A DNA stretch of 63,983 bases, the filler included, from Pelomyxa schiedti (lineage: Eukaryota; Protista; Evosea), in NCBI GenBank assembly GCA_020536535.1. It is 7 parts of 7 records of this genome, joined end to end, with 100 filler letters (N's around TTAATTAATTAA, not from the genome) between each part and the next. Parts side by side here need not be neighbours in the genome. Positions count along the whole stretch, not along the records: positions 33,968 to 50,685 come from JAHLWZ010000556.1; positions 50,786 to 53,978 come from JAHLWZ010001805.1; 5 more parts are not named here. One strand, 5' to 3'. Positions 39,838 to 51,529 of the stretch are shown in pieces. The notes beneath the pieces are model-generated. The model did not search any database. It was given only the letters and a program-made list of their open reading frames with translations, and was not told the origin of the DNA. How positions within the stretch are numbered: the stretch's first letter is position 1; each line of letters opens with the position of its first letter. Both the position numbers and the translations under genes were made by a program.

Positions 39838-41775
39838 NNNNNNNNNNNNNNNNNNNNNNNNNNNNNNNNNNNNNNNNNNNNNNNNNNNNNNNNNNNNNNN
39901 NNNNNNNNNNNNNNNNNNNNNNNNNNNNNNNNNNNNNGGTACTGCTGCATCAGTGTTCTACCATTAACTTTTCTCTAGAAAAGATTTGTTGAAGTTTCTC
40001 TCTCTAGCCCCTGTCACACTGGATGGTTTACCAGGTTTTCCTATTTCATTCAAAACTTATAACACTTGTTTGTTTTAGATTTGCCTGAAGAACCTGTTCT
40101 TTGTGTTGAGAGTTTGGCGAAACTGGTTTGTATTGTGAAGAGCCCTTACTGGTGCACAGCATTTAATGCCATATTTCTTAAGGAGTATGAAAAATTTAAG
40201 TTGTAACCACTTTTGGTTTTCTTAGTGCTTACTGTTGCAGAAAGCACTGTTTCCAGTCCTTTGACTCGATTTTTGACAATAGTATTAACATTCATCTGCC
40301 GTATCATATGTGTCAAACTGGGGAGCGACTACAGCACACTATTGGTCTTCTTGGTAAACACTTCATTGGAAAAGACACCAACTTCATTCTCCAGGAAAGT
40401 GCTGCTCACACTTGTGTACCTTTTTTCCATTCTGTGTTCATTTATTGACCACCAAAGGGAGTTGAACAAAGATTCTGAGCTTCTACAAAGTGCGTCGCAG
40501 AATGTTTGGTATCTTCAAAAAAAACAGGCAATGGTAGTGTGGGGTCTTACTCTGAGAGTTGGCTCAGTCTATTTATGCTTTTTGAGGACCCAAAAAAGCT
40601 TTGCCTTTGGTCGCATCTGTGCTATACAGTGGCACCGGGAGTTAGTTGATGTAGAGTGGCTAACTTCACCCAAATGTAAGAGAGAAGCTTCAATACTTTG
40701 GCTCACAATTACAGGCAATTTTAAAACAAAGTCCCCTGTTCTGCCACAATTGGCAATGACAGGCACTGTCTCTGTCTTTGATGTTCTCCGCCAAGTGGTG
40801 GTTATGCCTGGGTTCCGCTGTGGTTTGACAACACAGACTAAGAACACATTTGTTTGGCTGTCAGCAGCACTTGGTGTATGAATTCACCTCCGCACCCACC
40901 TTCCCACCACATCCCCCCTCAAACAGACAAAAGACAAAAGACACTTCTGTTTCTTTTTTTTTTTTGCCTTTGGTTCTGTGCAGAAGAAAAACCCACTGTG
41001 GGTACCTTTGTCTGTGGACTTCCAAAATGGATTGCATGGGGCCATTTGGAAGTGGTACACACTGACCCCGCTTTGGTGGATTTAAGCCAAAGAGGGTCCT
41101 TCTGGGAAAAATGGTACCCACCTTGGATTCAGGGTGCAAGTCAGATCGTGTTGCTGCAGTCTGCACCAACTGAGAGGAGACAAGTGTATAAACAATCAAC
41201 TCAGTTAATTAATCCTGGGCGTGTTGGTCCCTTCCCGGTTGGAGCTAACCGACTTCTGCGTCTGACTGAGGAGATCCCCCACTTTGGGTTTAACGTACCA
41301 ATTTGGGTACAAGTTCAGCTCTCCAATGTACAGACAAATTGTGTTAAATCTCCCCAATTCCATCCAAATTGGGGAACTTGCACACACTTTGGAATCAGGG
41401 TGCAGCGGCGGGACCCGATTCAATGAACCCACACGCGCCAACCGCCCCGCGGCACAAAACATCAACAAATCCCGGCAAAATCGGGCCACTTCACCCTGCC
41501 TTGCTCACTAAAAAATTCTGTTTTTCTCATTTGACTTGCCCCCCGTAGAAAGGGAAAATTCAGTGTGATGAAGAAGAAAGGTGAATGGCAGGTACGAGAG
41601 CATTGAGCCACTGTGTGATGCACTCGTTCACTTGGTCGTCTGTCACAGTGCCCCCTGCTGTTGTTGCTTCTGCTTGTGACACAATGGCGGTGCAGCAACA
41701 CAACATCAGTTTCACGATCACTGTGAATGGAAACCTGTTCCTCTCTGTGGTTTGGGAGCCAGTGAGCAAACACAG

Positions 41776-43097
41776 TCAGGTGAAGGAAGTGCACTCACCA
41801 AGGATTGAGAGGCACGACTGAACGACGAGCACAACGAGGTCTGCAGCCGCTGTAGACCATCCATCTGTCAAATGCAGAAGTGCGGAATCAGGGGAGTGCG
41901 TGAGGTGGTTAACAGCCTCAACGGAAGCATTCCTCCTGCTCAAGCAGCTTGCAATGAATGACTCCCTTGACTCCCGGCAAAGTTTTTTCACCTCTGTTTC
42001 CAGTGAGTGAGAGTTCCACAAAAAGAAGAACAAACCTTCAACTTCCTGGGGTGCAAGTAATCTCCTCTGTTCGTTCATGAAGTTTGCCTGTGAGATGAGG
42101 GGGAGACTGTCAAAGGGCGCATCAACAATGTCGCCATTGAGCATCTCAGTCATCAGTATTCCAAACCCCCACATGTCCCCTGTGGTTTTTTTTTTTTTGG
42201 CAGTGATCCAAGGACAATTCCTCAACCTTTGACTGAGTAATGTGCAGTTGCCATTTTGGGAGCCATGTAAACAGGTGTTCCAGGCCCAATGGTTCTGTTT
42301 GTCCCTTGGCTGATCAGTCTTGTTGTTGTCCCTTGTGGGTCCATTGCTCGTGACACACCTTGGGTGTGTTGAAGAAGAATTTTTCACAATACTCATCATA
42401 CCAAAGTCGCAAATCTTTGGAACACCATTTGCGTCAAAGAGTACATTGTTGCTGCTCAGATCCCTGTGCATGAAGTTTTGCCTGGTGTAGTTTGGATTTT
42501 AATGGATGTTAATTTGAGTGGTTATTTGGTAAAAATAGATGGACCTGTGGAGGCTGGGTGGGTGTGCGTGTAAATATGTTGGATGGTCAAAACTGGTGCC
42601 ATCCTCACCTTCATTGCTGTTTTGTTGTCATGTATTGTTGTTTTGTGCATCAAGAGGAGGGTCAACCTGGGATTTGGCGTTTTGGGGAAACCAGTTGGGA
42701 AAGTGACAGTGATGGAGAAGCAGAGAGTGTTGTCTCAGAATGACTTCGGGAAGATAAAGAGATGACCTGCTGGTTTTCATCCAGACCAAACTGTTTCTCA
42801 ACTGCCATCTTCACAACCTGTGTTCGTTGTTGGTTTTCTCATGGTTGTCAACTTGTTCTGAGGTGTTAGCCTAACACCATCATACCTTGTCCAATGGGCA
42901 CAATGAGCAAACTGACTCCTCAAATTCGATGTTGTGCCTTTCCAGTGTGACTGTAACTTTCTTCATCACACACGATCTGCTCTTCACCTCTTCTTCTTCT
43001 GGTGTGCTTTGGGAGTGTATTCTGAGTGGTTGTGATGGTGCACTTACAGATTTCACCCAAACACCCTGTTGGATATGCTTCAGAACGTGTTCAAAGC
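41776..43097 (-). pseudogene. TKL-like kinase fragment lacking a visible N-lobe
   Basis: HRDLSSNNVL, KICDFGM, GTPVYMAP, GDMWGFG are present. No GxGxxG or VAIK found in the upstream exons, and the 5' part is cut off by the LTR at 43138. Confidence 0.65.
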
Positions 43098-43137
43098 CTG
43101 CATTTGAGAATGTGGGTGAAAAATAAAAGAGTGCAAC

Positions 43138-46100
43138 TGTGTGATTCTGCGAACACACAGGCAAACTGTGTGCAAGGCACACTCGCAAGACTTGAGACTG
43201 GAGACTCAGAGGCTGAGTCATCACTTACCAAGTTCGGAAATCAAGTTCACAGAAAGATCATCGAGATACCCAAGACCTTTCCCTTGACTTTGGAATCCTT
43301 TATAAACGCACACCAAGTCACCCCATTTCTATACAAAAAAATACCAAGAATCCCAATACAAATATACAAAAACACAAATACAAAATCCCAACACAAATAC
43401 CTACACCCAAATGTACCCATCCATTCCAAGATGAATAAAATACTTTGTGCCTCTTTGTTCTCCTTTGGTGCAGTTTCCTTCCCACCCACTGAAGGAAACA
43501 TATGGTGGAGGATGCGTGTTTTGACCCTCACAAGCACTTCAACATCTTGGAATCTGAATCATCAAGATCGACATCAATCACAGTGACACGGCACATGGCT
43601 CGCTGTTGACAGTCATCTGACTCACGCTGTTGACATGTTCTACATCATCTTGACACTGTTTCTCTTCATTCATCGACGAATCGACATCATCGGCGATTAC
43701 CTTCGCATCGGCACATTGCTATCGCACAACGTTGCTTCTATTGGCATGCTACGTTCGAGTACTTCAACATCCATGTGGTGACATCGCATTCTGTTGCTTC
43801 GTTGCGTTACTCTGTTGCTCTTTTCATTCGCATCGTTTTGCAAGCATTTTCGCATTGCACCTTCGTCATGCTTCATCGTCGTCATTATCTGTTCTATCTA
43901 CTGTGGTGCTACTCTTGCACTGCACACTCGTGCACATCTACTTCGACGTTCTCATGGTTGTACACTCGCGTTATTACTGCTCTTTCAGCAACATCGTTTT
44001 CCTGTTGTTTTCTTGCTCATTCTGTTCATCGGTCGCTCGCGCCAACGGGAGATGCTCAAGCGTTTTGGCAACGACTCTGTCTTCACAACACTGCTTCTGT
44101 ACATGCACTACAACAAGCTGTTGTTCTCTGTGACACTCCGTTATGCCGATTTTCCCTTTAAGGCATAATAAAACCCCAAACCACATTATTTTATTACGGC
44201 GTTCTTGCATAGTGGTTTTGGAGGTATCCTGGTGAAAGGAGAGTGTATCTGGCAAGGTGCCATAGTAGCAAGGAGAGTTCCAGCATGGTAGAATCGTGAT
44301 TGTGATGTTGTGGAATGGCACATCAGCCTGCACTGAAGCGGATATTTCCGATATGGAAGCGGACATTTCCAGCACTGAAGCGATCATTTTCAGCACTACC
44401 AGCATGCACTCTGCAATGAGATTAGCGCGGAAATCATGAGGATCATACCTACAATACCCGGCAAGCGTTCTATTCAGCGCGGGAATGCTAGAAACTCATA
44501 TTTGAAGTCGCTGGATCAATTCCAAAGCTATGTAGCATGAGACTCTCATTTTCACTTCAATTTACAATTAGTTTATTCATTTCGTTTACATTTATTGATT
44601 TATTGGCTTTCAATTGCGTTTTAAATGCTATTTAGTGCAATTTTGTTCATGAAATTTCACTCTACGAAATAGATATTTTGGATTGAGTGAGGAACACTCA
44701 CCTGGGAATTATATTTGCGCTCTGTGCATACCCATGACTTGGGAATTTTCGTTTAACTATGGGTGGATCATGGGAACACAGAAGCGATGGTGTATCCCTG
44801 TGATGGACCTCCGCATTGCATATTGCTGTCCCATCACACCTGGAAAATCGTTTTTGACCTCCTGGACGTTATTTTGCCCTGCAAGACGTTACTTTGGGAA
44901 TAAAAGAAGTGGCCACACAGTTATCCTTGCAGCGGACTGCAGTAGCTCCCAAGGGCACTTGATTGTTATCTGCATTTTTTCCCTGGAGTGGCAAACAAAT
45001 TTCGAAATTGTGCTGCCATTGGCATGTTAGTCTGCAGATTGGAAATTGTTATTTGGATTTGGGAGTATAGAGCGTACTGCACATACAGAGACAATTTCGA
45101 GGTCATCCTGTCATCTTCTGGGGATACAGTAGGCAGGAAGTGAGACAAAGTCACCCATACAACATTCTGCAAATGAGCAATTTGCCCAAGCTCATTGTAT
45201 TCAAGTCCTACATCATGCTGCAGCTTCAAGGCAATCTTATTTTTCGTTAGTCAGCTGCACAAGCAAATGGGAATGCATACCTATTTGATAGCTGTGATCT
45301 CCAAGCATCTCTATTCTGGCCGCCATTGCAATTTGCTGCAAAACTGGCACTGGCATGACAATATGACAATTCTGTGGAGAGATTCACGCCATTGGAAGAC
45401 ATCCAATCATTTCAGCACTCAGGCATTCTCTCTTTGGCGAATTTCTGGTCATTTATTAGGCGGAGATCAAGGAATTATTCTTACCTGACACTGGAGGAAT
45501 CAGCACCGTTTTCAAAGGCGTTTTCACATCGTTTCGAAGCTCCTGCAATGGAATAAGCTATTCTGGCAATAGTAACCAGGAAAGGAATACCTGGAATTGC
45601 GCAGGAACTCTGGAAAGCAAATCTGAAGCACAGCAAACTCTGTTGCAATTTGAGGACTGATTTCCAATGTTGCATTTCGGCCCTGCATTACAGCAATGCA
45701 TTCTTCATCTATGGCAACAATGTTAGGCAATTCAGGCAACGCCAAGCTACACAGACTTCAAGGACCAATTGCACTGAAGTCCCAAAGAAGCCCACAAGCT
45801 CACAAAGTCATCCATTCTGGACAAACAGTTAGACACTGAGATATCTGTGACTGGAACACACAAAAATCGAGGCAAGAGTACTTCTCTACATCCCACAGTT
45901 CATTGCTTAGCCTGCAAGCATCATCTAGTGCATTTGCCAAAGAAAAATCCTCATCATGGCGCAGCCATCAAACTCAAGCATGAATTCTAACACCTACATT
46001 CAATTAGTTTACACACCAACATTCCCACATACCTGCAAGTCACACCAATTCACTGCAAATTCGGCCCTCATGCAAATTCCAACCAATTACTGCACAAGTC

Positions 46101-46618
46101 AACCATAACCTGCATCTGGCATCAGAACTATCATTGGTACACTGATAGCACATACCCCAATAATCATACACTCATCCTGGACCGATTTTCATCAATTCTG
46201 CACTGTTCTGATTGACCCAAAGTGATTGCACTGTAATGGCATCAGCATTCACAATCGAAAGTACATAATTACCTGGCAACTGGCAGAAGGCTTGTCCAAC
46301 TTTCTGAGCACTCTTGCATCATTCTGTTCCAAGGAATCAAGCAGTCACACAAACTGGAGAGACATCAGTATGAATTTACCTTTACTCACTGGAAGGCATA
46401 CCAGCCTAGTTCAAGTACGAATCAGCATTCAGCATTCAATTTGGCTCAAGGCAATACCTATGACATTTCAGTTAGACCTTACTAGTAGTATGTAATAGTA
46501 TGTATATTCGTTTTTATTTACTTGAATGGTGTTATGGACTGGTAAACGGCTGAAAACCCCATCTAGGCAGCCTGTGATGCTCATAAGCCAGTACTGTACA
46601 TCATTAAGGTAAATAACG

Positions 46619-46654
<36 letters not shown>

Positions 46655-47276
46655 TACCTGCGTTGAGGCACATTAGCAACACATGAAGAAAACACTTGGA
46701 ACTCACACGCACAACACCGGCAAAGCTCCAACTCGTCGCCGAACTGACATACACCACAACAATGCTCCATTCATCATCCCAAACATCATCTCCAACAACC
46801 GGACCATAACCATTCACTACCGACAACTTCGCATTCCAAAAACGAACCGCTACTACACCAGCACCATCATTTCATTTTCGAAATTCTGCTGAAAGAACAA
46901 CGATCACCAGCTTCAGAGGAAGGGGGAGCATGTGTGATTCTGCGAACACACAGGCAAACTGTGCACAAGGCACACTCGCAAGACTCGAGACTGGACACTC
47001 AGAGGCTGAGTCATCACTTACCAAGTTCGGAAATCAAGTTCACAGAAAGATCATCGAGATACCCAAGACCTTTCCTTTGACTTTGGAATCCTTTATAAAC
47101 ACACACCAAGTCACCTCATTTCTATACAAAAAATACCAAGAATCCCAATACAAATATACAAAAAACCTCAACACAAACACACCCAAATGTATCCATCCAT
47201 TCCAAGATGAATAAAATACTTTGTGCCTCTTTGTTCTCCTTTGGTGCAGTTTCCTTCCCTCCCACTGAAGGAAACA
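43138..47276 (+). mobile_element. Full-length-looking LARD-like LTR element (4139 bp)
   Basis: 5' LTR 43138-43500 and 3' LTR 46931-47276, both TGT..ACA. PBS TGGTGGAGGATGCG at 43503. PPT AGAGGAAGGGGGAG before 46931. Internal A34 at 46619-46652. No gag/pol motifs. Confidence 0.88.
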
Positions 47277-48249
47277 TGAGAAATATTTGATAACCCGTTT
47301 TTTTTCTCGTGTAGCTGCGGAAACAATGAGGTTTGGTAACCATTTTAACATCTTTCTGTTAATAAGCTGCATGAAGGTTACACACATCTGCATCAGAAAT
47401 TGAACTTTTTTGTTTTTTTTTTCACAGGTATGGTGCACAACAATTCGACACCTTATGTAACTCACTTTTGACAAACTAGTGGGTTTGAACAATCAAAGTG
47501 CCTGGAGTGAGATCTGGAGTCCTGTCGGAGCGTCTACTTTCTTCAGGCCATTCTATTTACCCATGTATGTTAAACCGGTTCAACTATCGCAATGTGAAAC
47601 AGTTGCGTAACTTCCTTCTTTTCTGTTTTTCTAACATTTTTCCTTTTTAAAACCCAGCTTGTTATGCTGTTAAGGTAAAGAGCGAACTTTAACCCAACCA
47701 TCGCCACCACAAGTGGACAATTAAGTGTTCCTGGGCTTTTTTGGTTTGGGGAACAAATCAAGCCCGACTGTTGTACAATTCACTGTGAAATTGGAATGAA
47801 GAAGGACTGTGTGAGGACTGTATGTACTCGTGGATTCAAATATTCTTTCTAACTTTGTCCCAGTCTTGAACACTGTCTAGGAGACACCCCACGACAACGA
47901 CTAGAGAGATGGCCATGTCGCGCGCTGTGGCGGTCTCGGGCGTGGTGTGGGACTCGGTGGTGCCCAAGGCGGCATCAGCGTGGTGACAGTTATTACTTCA
48001 AAAGATGGCATGACAGAACTCATTGGCTATTCTACCAATCACCAGGTGCTGCAGAGGAATAACCACCAAGAAACCCACAAGTACAAAACCAAACAAAAAA
48101 AAAGAGTTAAAAAAGAAACAGGCCAGTATTATCTCGGTGGCTGGGGTAACTTGGGGTGAGCTGATAGGGGTAACGGCAACAAAAATCATCCCCGGTAGCC
48201 AAAAAACGTCCACTTTTCGTTGCCGTTAGGGGCAACGGCAACGAGAGGA

Positions 48250-48550
48250 TTATGCATGGGGACGCAAAGAGATATTACTGTGCATCGGCTCATTCTCGAT
48301 TAGCAGGCAAGTCGATGTTGGATAATGAGACAGTGTGTGTGGCACCACCATAAGCTTCCCAGGTTTGTGTTGGATAAGTGGATTGTACTGTAATAGTGTC
48401 AGACTCCATCGAGCCAACCTTCCAGATAGGTTTTTTGCCTCCAGAAGGTACTTAAGTGCAATGTGATCTGTGTATAACGTGATGCCTACAGCTCCTTGGA
48501 TATAGCTCCGCCAGTGCTTCAAGGCTTCCACTGCTGCAAGACACTCCCGC
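48250..48550 (-). mobile_element. Ty3/gypsy pol RNase H, C-terminal half
   Basis: ERECLAAVEALKHWRSYIQG..LYTDHIALKYL..SGRLARWSLTLLQY..IQHKPGK. Confidence 0.9.
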
Positions 48551-49744
48551 TCTTTGGTGAATTTCTGGTCATTTATTAGGCAGAGATCAAGGAATTGTTC
48601 TTACCTGACACTGGAGGAATCAGCACTGTTTTCAAAGGCGTTTTCACATTGTTTAGAAGCTCCTGCAATGGAATAAGTTATTCTGGCAATAGTAACCAGG
48701 AAAGGAATACCTGGAACTGTGCAGGAACTCTGGAAAGCAAATCTGAAGCACAGCAAACTCTGTTGCAATTTGAGGACTGATTTCCAATGCTACATATCGG
48801 CCCTGCATTACAGCAATGCATTCTTCATCTATGGCAACAATGTTAGGCAATTCAGGCAATGCCAAGCTACACACACTTCAAGGACCGATTGCACTGGAGT
48901 CCCAAGGAAGCTCATAAGCCCACAAACAAAGTCATCCATTCTGGACAAACAGTTAGACACTGAGATATCTGTGACTGGAACACACACCAAAATCGAGGCA
49001 AGAGTACTTCTCTACATCCCACAGTTCATTCCTTAGCCTGCAAGCATCATCTAGCACATGCATCAAAGAAAAATCCTCATCATGGCGCAGCCATCAAACC
49101 CAAGCATGAATTCTAACACCTACATTCAATTAATTCACACACCAACAATCCTACATACCTGCAAGTCACATCAATTCACTGCAAATTCGGCCCTCATGCA
49201 AATTCCAACCAATTACTGCACAAGTCAACCATAACATGCATCTGGCATCAGAATTATCATTGGTGCATTGATAGCACTTACCCCAATGCTCATACACTCA
49301 TCCTGGACCGATTTTCATCAATTCTGCACTGTTCTGATTGACCCAAAGTGATTGCACTGTAATGGCATCAGCAGTCACAATCGAAAGTACATAATTACCT
49401 GGCAACTGGCAGAAGGCTTGTCCAACTTTCTGAGCACTCTTGCATCATTCTGTTCCAAAGAATCAAGCAGTCACACAAACTGGAGAGACATCAGTACGAA
49501 TTTACTTTTACTCACTGGAAGGCATACCAGCCTAGTTCAAGTACGAATCAGCATTCAGCATTCAATTTGGCTCAAGGCAATACCTATGACATTTCAGTTA
49601 GACCTTACTAGTAGTATGTAATAGTATGTATATTCGTTTTTATTTACTTGAATGGTGTTATGGACTGGTAAACGGCTGAAAACCCCATCTAGGCAGCCTG
49701 TGATGCTCATAAGCCAGCACTGTACATCATTAAGGTAAATAACG

Positions 49745-49798
<54 letters not shown>

Positions 49799-50497
49799 TA
49801 CCTGCGTTGAGGCACATTAGCACACATGAAGAAAACACTTGGAACACACACACACAACACCGGCAAAGCTCCAACTCGTCGCCGAACTGACATCCACCAC
49901 AACAATGCTCCATTCATCATCCCAAACATCATCCCCAACAACCGGACCATAACCATTCACTACCAACAACTTCCCGTTTCAAAAACGAACCACTACTACA
50001 CCAGCACCATCATTACATTTTCGAAATTCTGCAGAAAGAGCAACTGGCTGAATAAAATAATCAACAGACCGGAACGCTGTACTTTTCGTTATCGTCGCTC
50101 AGTATCGGCGGTCTGGTGTTTTTTTTATTCAGCCAACTATCACCAGCTTCAGAGGAAGGGGGAGCATGTGTGATTCTGCGAACACACAGGCAAACTGTGC
50201 GCAAGGCACACTCGCAAGACTCGAGACTGGGGACTCAGAGGCTGAGTCATCACTTACCAAGTTCGGAAATCAAGTTCACAGAAAGATCATCGAGATACCC
50301 AAGACCTTTCCTTTGACTTTGGAATCCTTTATAAACGCACACCGAGTCACCTCATTTCTATACAAATATACAAATATACAAAAACACCTCAACACAAACA
50401 CACCCAAATGTATCCATCCATTCCAAGATGAATAAAATACTTTGTGCCTCTTTGTTCTCCTTTGGTGCAGTTTCCTTCCCACCCACTGAAGGAAACA
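48551..50497 (+). mobile_element. 5'-truncated LARD copy inserted in gypsy RNase H
   Basis: Matches the internal region from ~36556 onward. A52 at 49745-49796, PPT, and 3' LTR 50167-50497. Confidence 0.88.
50046..50134. mobile_element. MITE copy 2 (89 bp)
   Basis: Perfect 12-bp TIR GGCTGAATAAAA with 4-bp direct repeats AACT. Absent from the matching sites in the other LARD copies (~38050, ~46899). Confidence 0.9.
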
Positions 50498-50685
50498 TAT
50501 ATCATAGTTCCTCTCTGCCTTTGTTAGTGCCCGGCTCCAGTAGGCTATAGTAACCCTCCTTTTCCCTATTAGCTGGAATAACACTGCACCCAGACCAATG
50601 CCCGATGCATCTGATTCAATGCAGAAAGGTAAACTCCTGTCTGGGTACCCCAATATTGGTGCCTCCATGAGTGCGTGCTTCAGAG
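50498..50685 (-). mobile_element. Ty3/gypsy pol RT-RNase H linker / N-terminal RNase H
   Basis: EAPILGYPDRSLPFCIESDASGIGLGAVLFQ..IAYWSRALTKAERNYD. Confidence 0.92.
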
Positions 50686-50785
50686 NNNNNNNNNNNNNNN
50701 NNNNNNNNNNNNNNNNNNNNNNNNNNNNNTTAATTAATTAANNNNNNNNNNNNNNNNNNNNNNNNNNNNNNNNNNNNNNNNNNNN

Positions 50786-51400
50786 GCTCATCTAAAAATT
50801 TCGCTGGAAAGAGCTGCTCCCATGTGCAGCTCCCCCTTCATATGGGCAATGTCTTGCGAAGTGACCTGGCTCATTACACTGGAAGCAGATGAGGGCTTGG
50901 CTATTCTGCATTCCCTTGGGCGTTGTTGTGGCACCCCTGCCTTGTGTGGGGCCCCGGCTGAATGTCTGCCTTGAGCCTCTCTGATAAAAGCCACCTCTCA
51001 CAGCTCCTCGGACCACTACACCTCCTCTCATATGTCCTCACCTTGGCACACCCCTCTGGGAATTTACAAAGTGCACAACATCCGGCTTAACTGTGCTCTT
51101 GGCAGGGCTGTCCACCTTGGGGAATTTGTCTGGTTCGCGGAGGTAATAGCAGCCCACACAATCAGCTAATTCCTTGAAGGTAGAAAATTGTGGGTGAATT
51201 ACCTCTATTGTTTTGAGCCAATCATCTGGGAGTAACTGCTTGAAATTCTGTTCCTGCCGAAGTACTTGGAGGTGGCAGGAACAGCCTCAGAGTTTGGGTT
51301 GGTACAGAATTTCAGCAGAATCGGCTTATCATTGTATGCCAGTCTTCATTCTGATTCATATGGAAATGATCAAGTTTCAGGGTGGTCCCCTTTGACAAGC
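50786..51400 (-). mobile_element. LTR retrotransposon gag C-terminus (decayed)
   Basis: RGG-rich segment followed by zinc knuckle CFQCNEPGHFARHC (CX2CX4HX4C). Confidence 0.8.
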
Positions 51401-51529
51401 TGGTGTCAAAGTTGTCTACAATCACCTGCAGGATTCCCTCAACAGTTTGTTCTATCTCTGTGCTCGTAGCCACACTTGCCAGTTCCCCTTTAAGTGTATC
51501 ACAGAAACACACTCCACAGAACAAGCACA

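Noticed and set aside
40000-40880. Possible decayed transposase on the minus strand
   Set aside because: Protein-like frame with many stops but no recognisable catalytic motif.
34955-50435. Many repeated 60-170-aa ORFs (MCDSANTQ.., MLRCVT.., MHCNG..) resembling a gene family
   Set aside because: They recur only because they lie in copies of the non-coding LTR element. Frames are not conserved between copies.
48561-50499. Insertion as a Helitron or as a spliceosomal/U12 intron
   Set aside because: No TC..CTRR ends or terminal hairpin, and no GT-AG or AT-AC excision restores the frame. The LTR/PPT structure explains it better.
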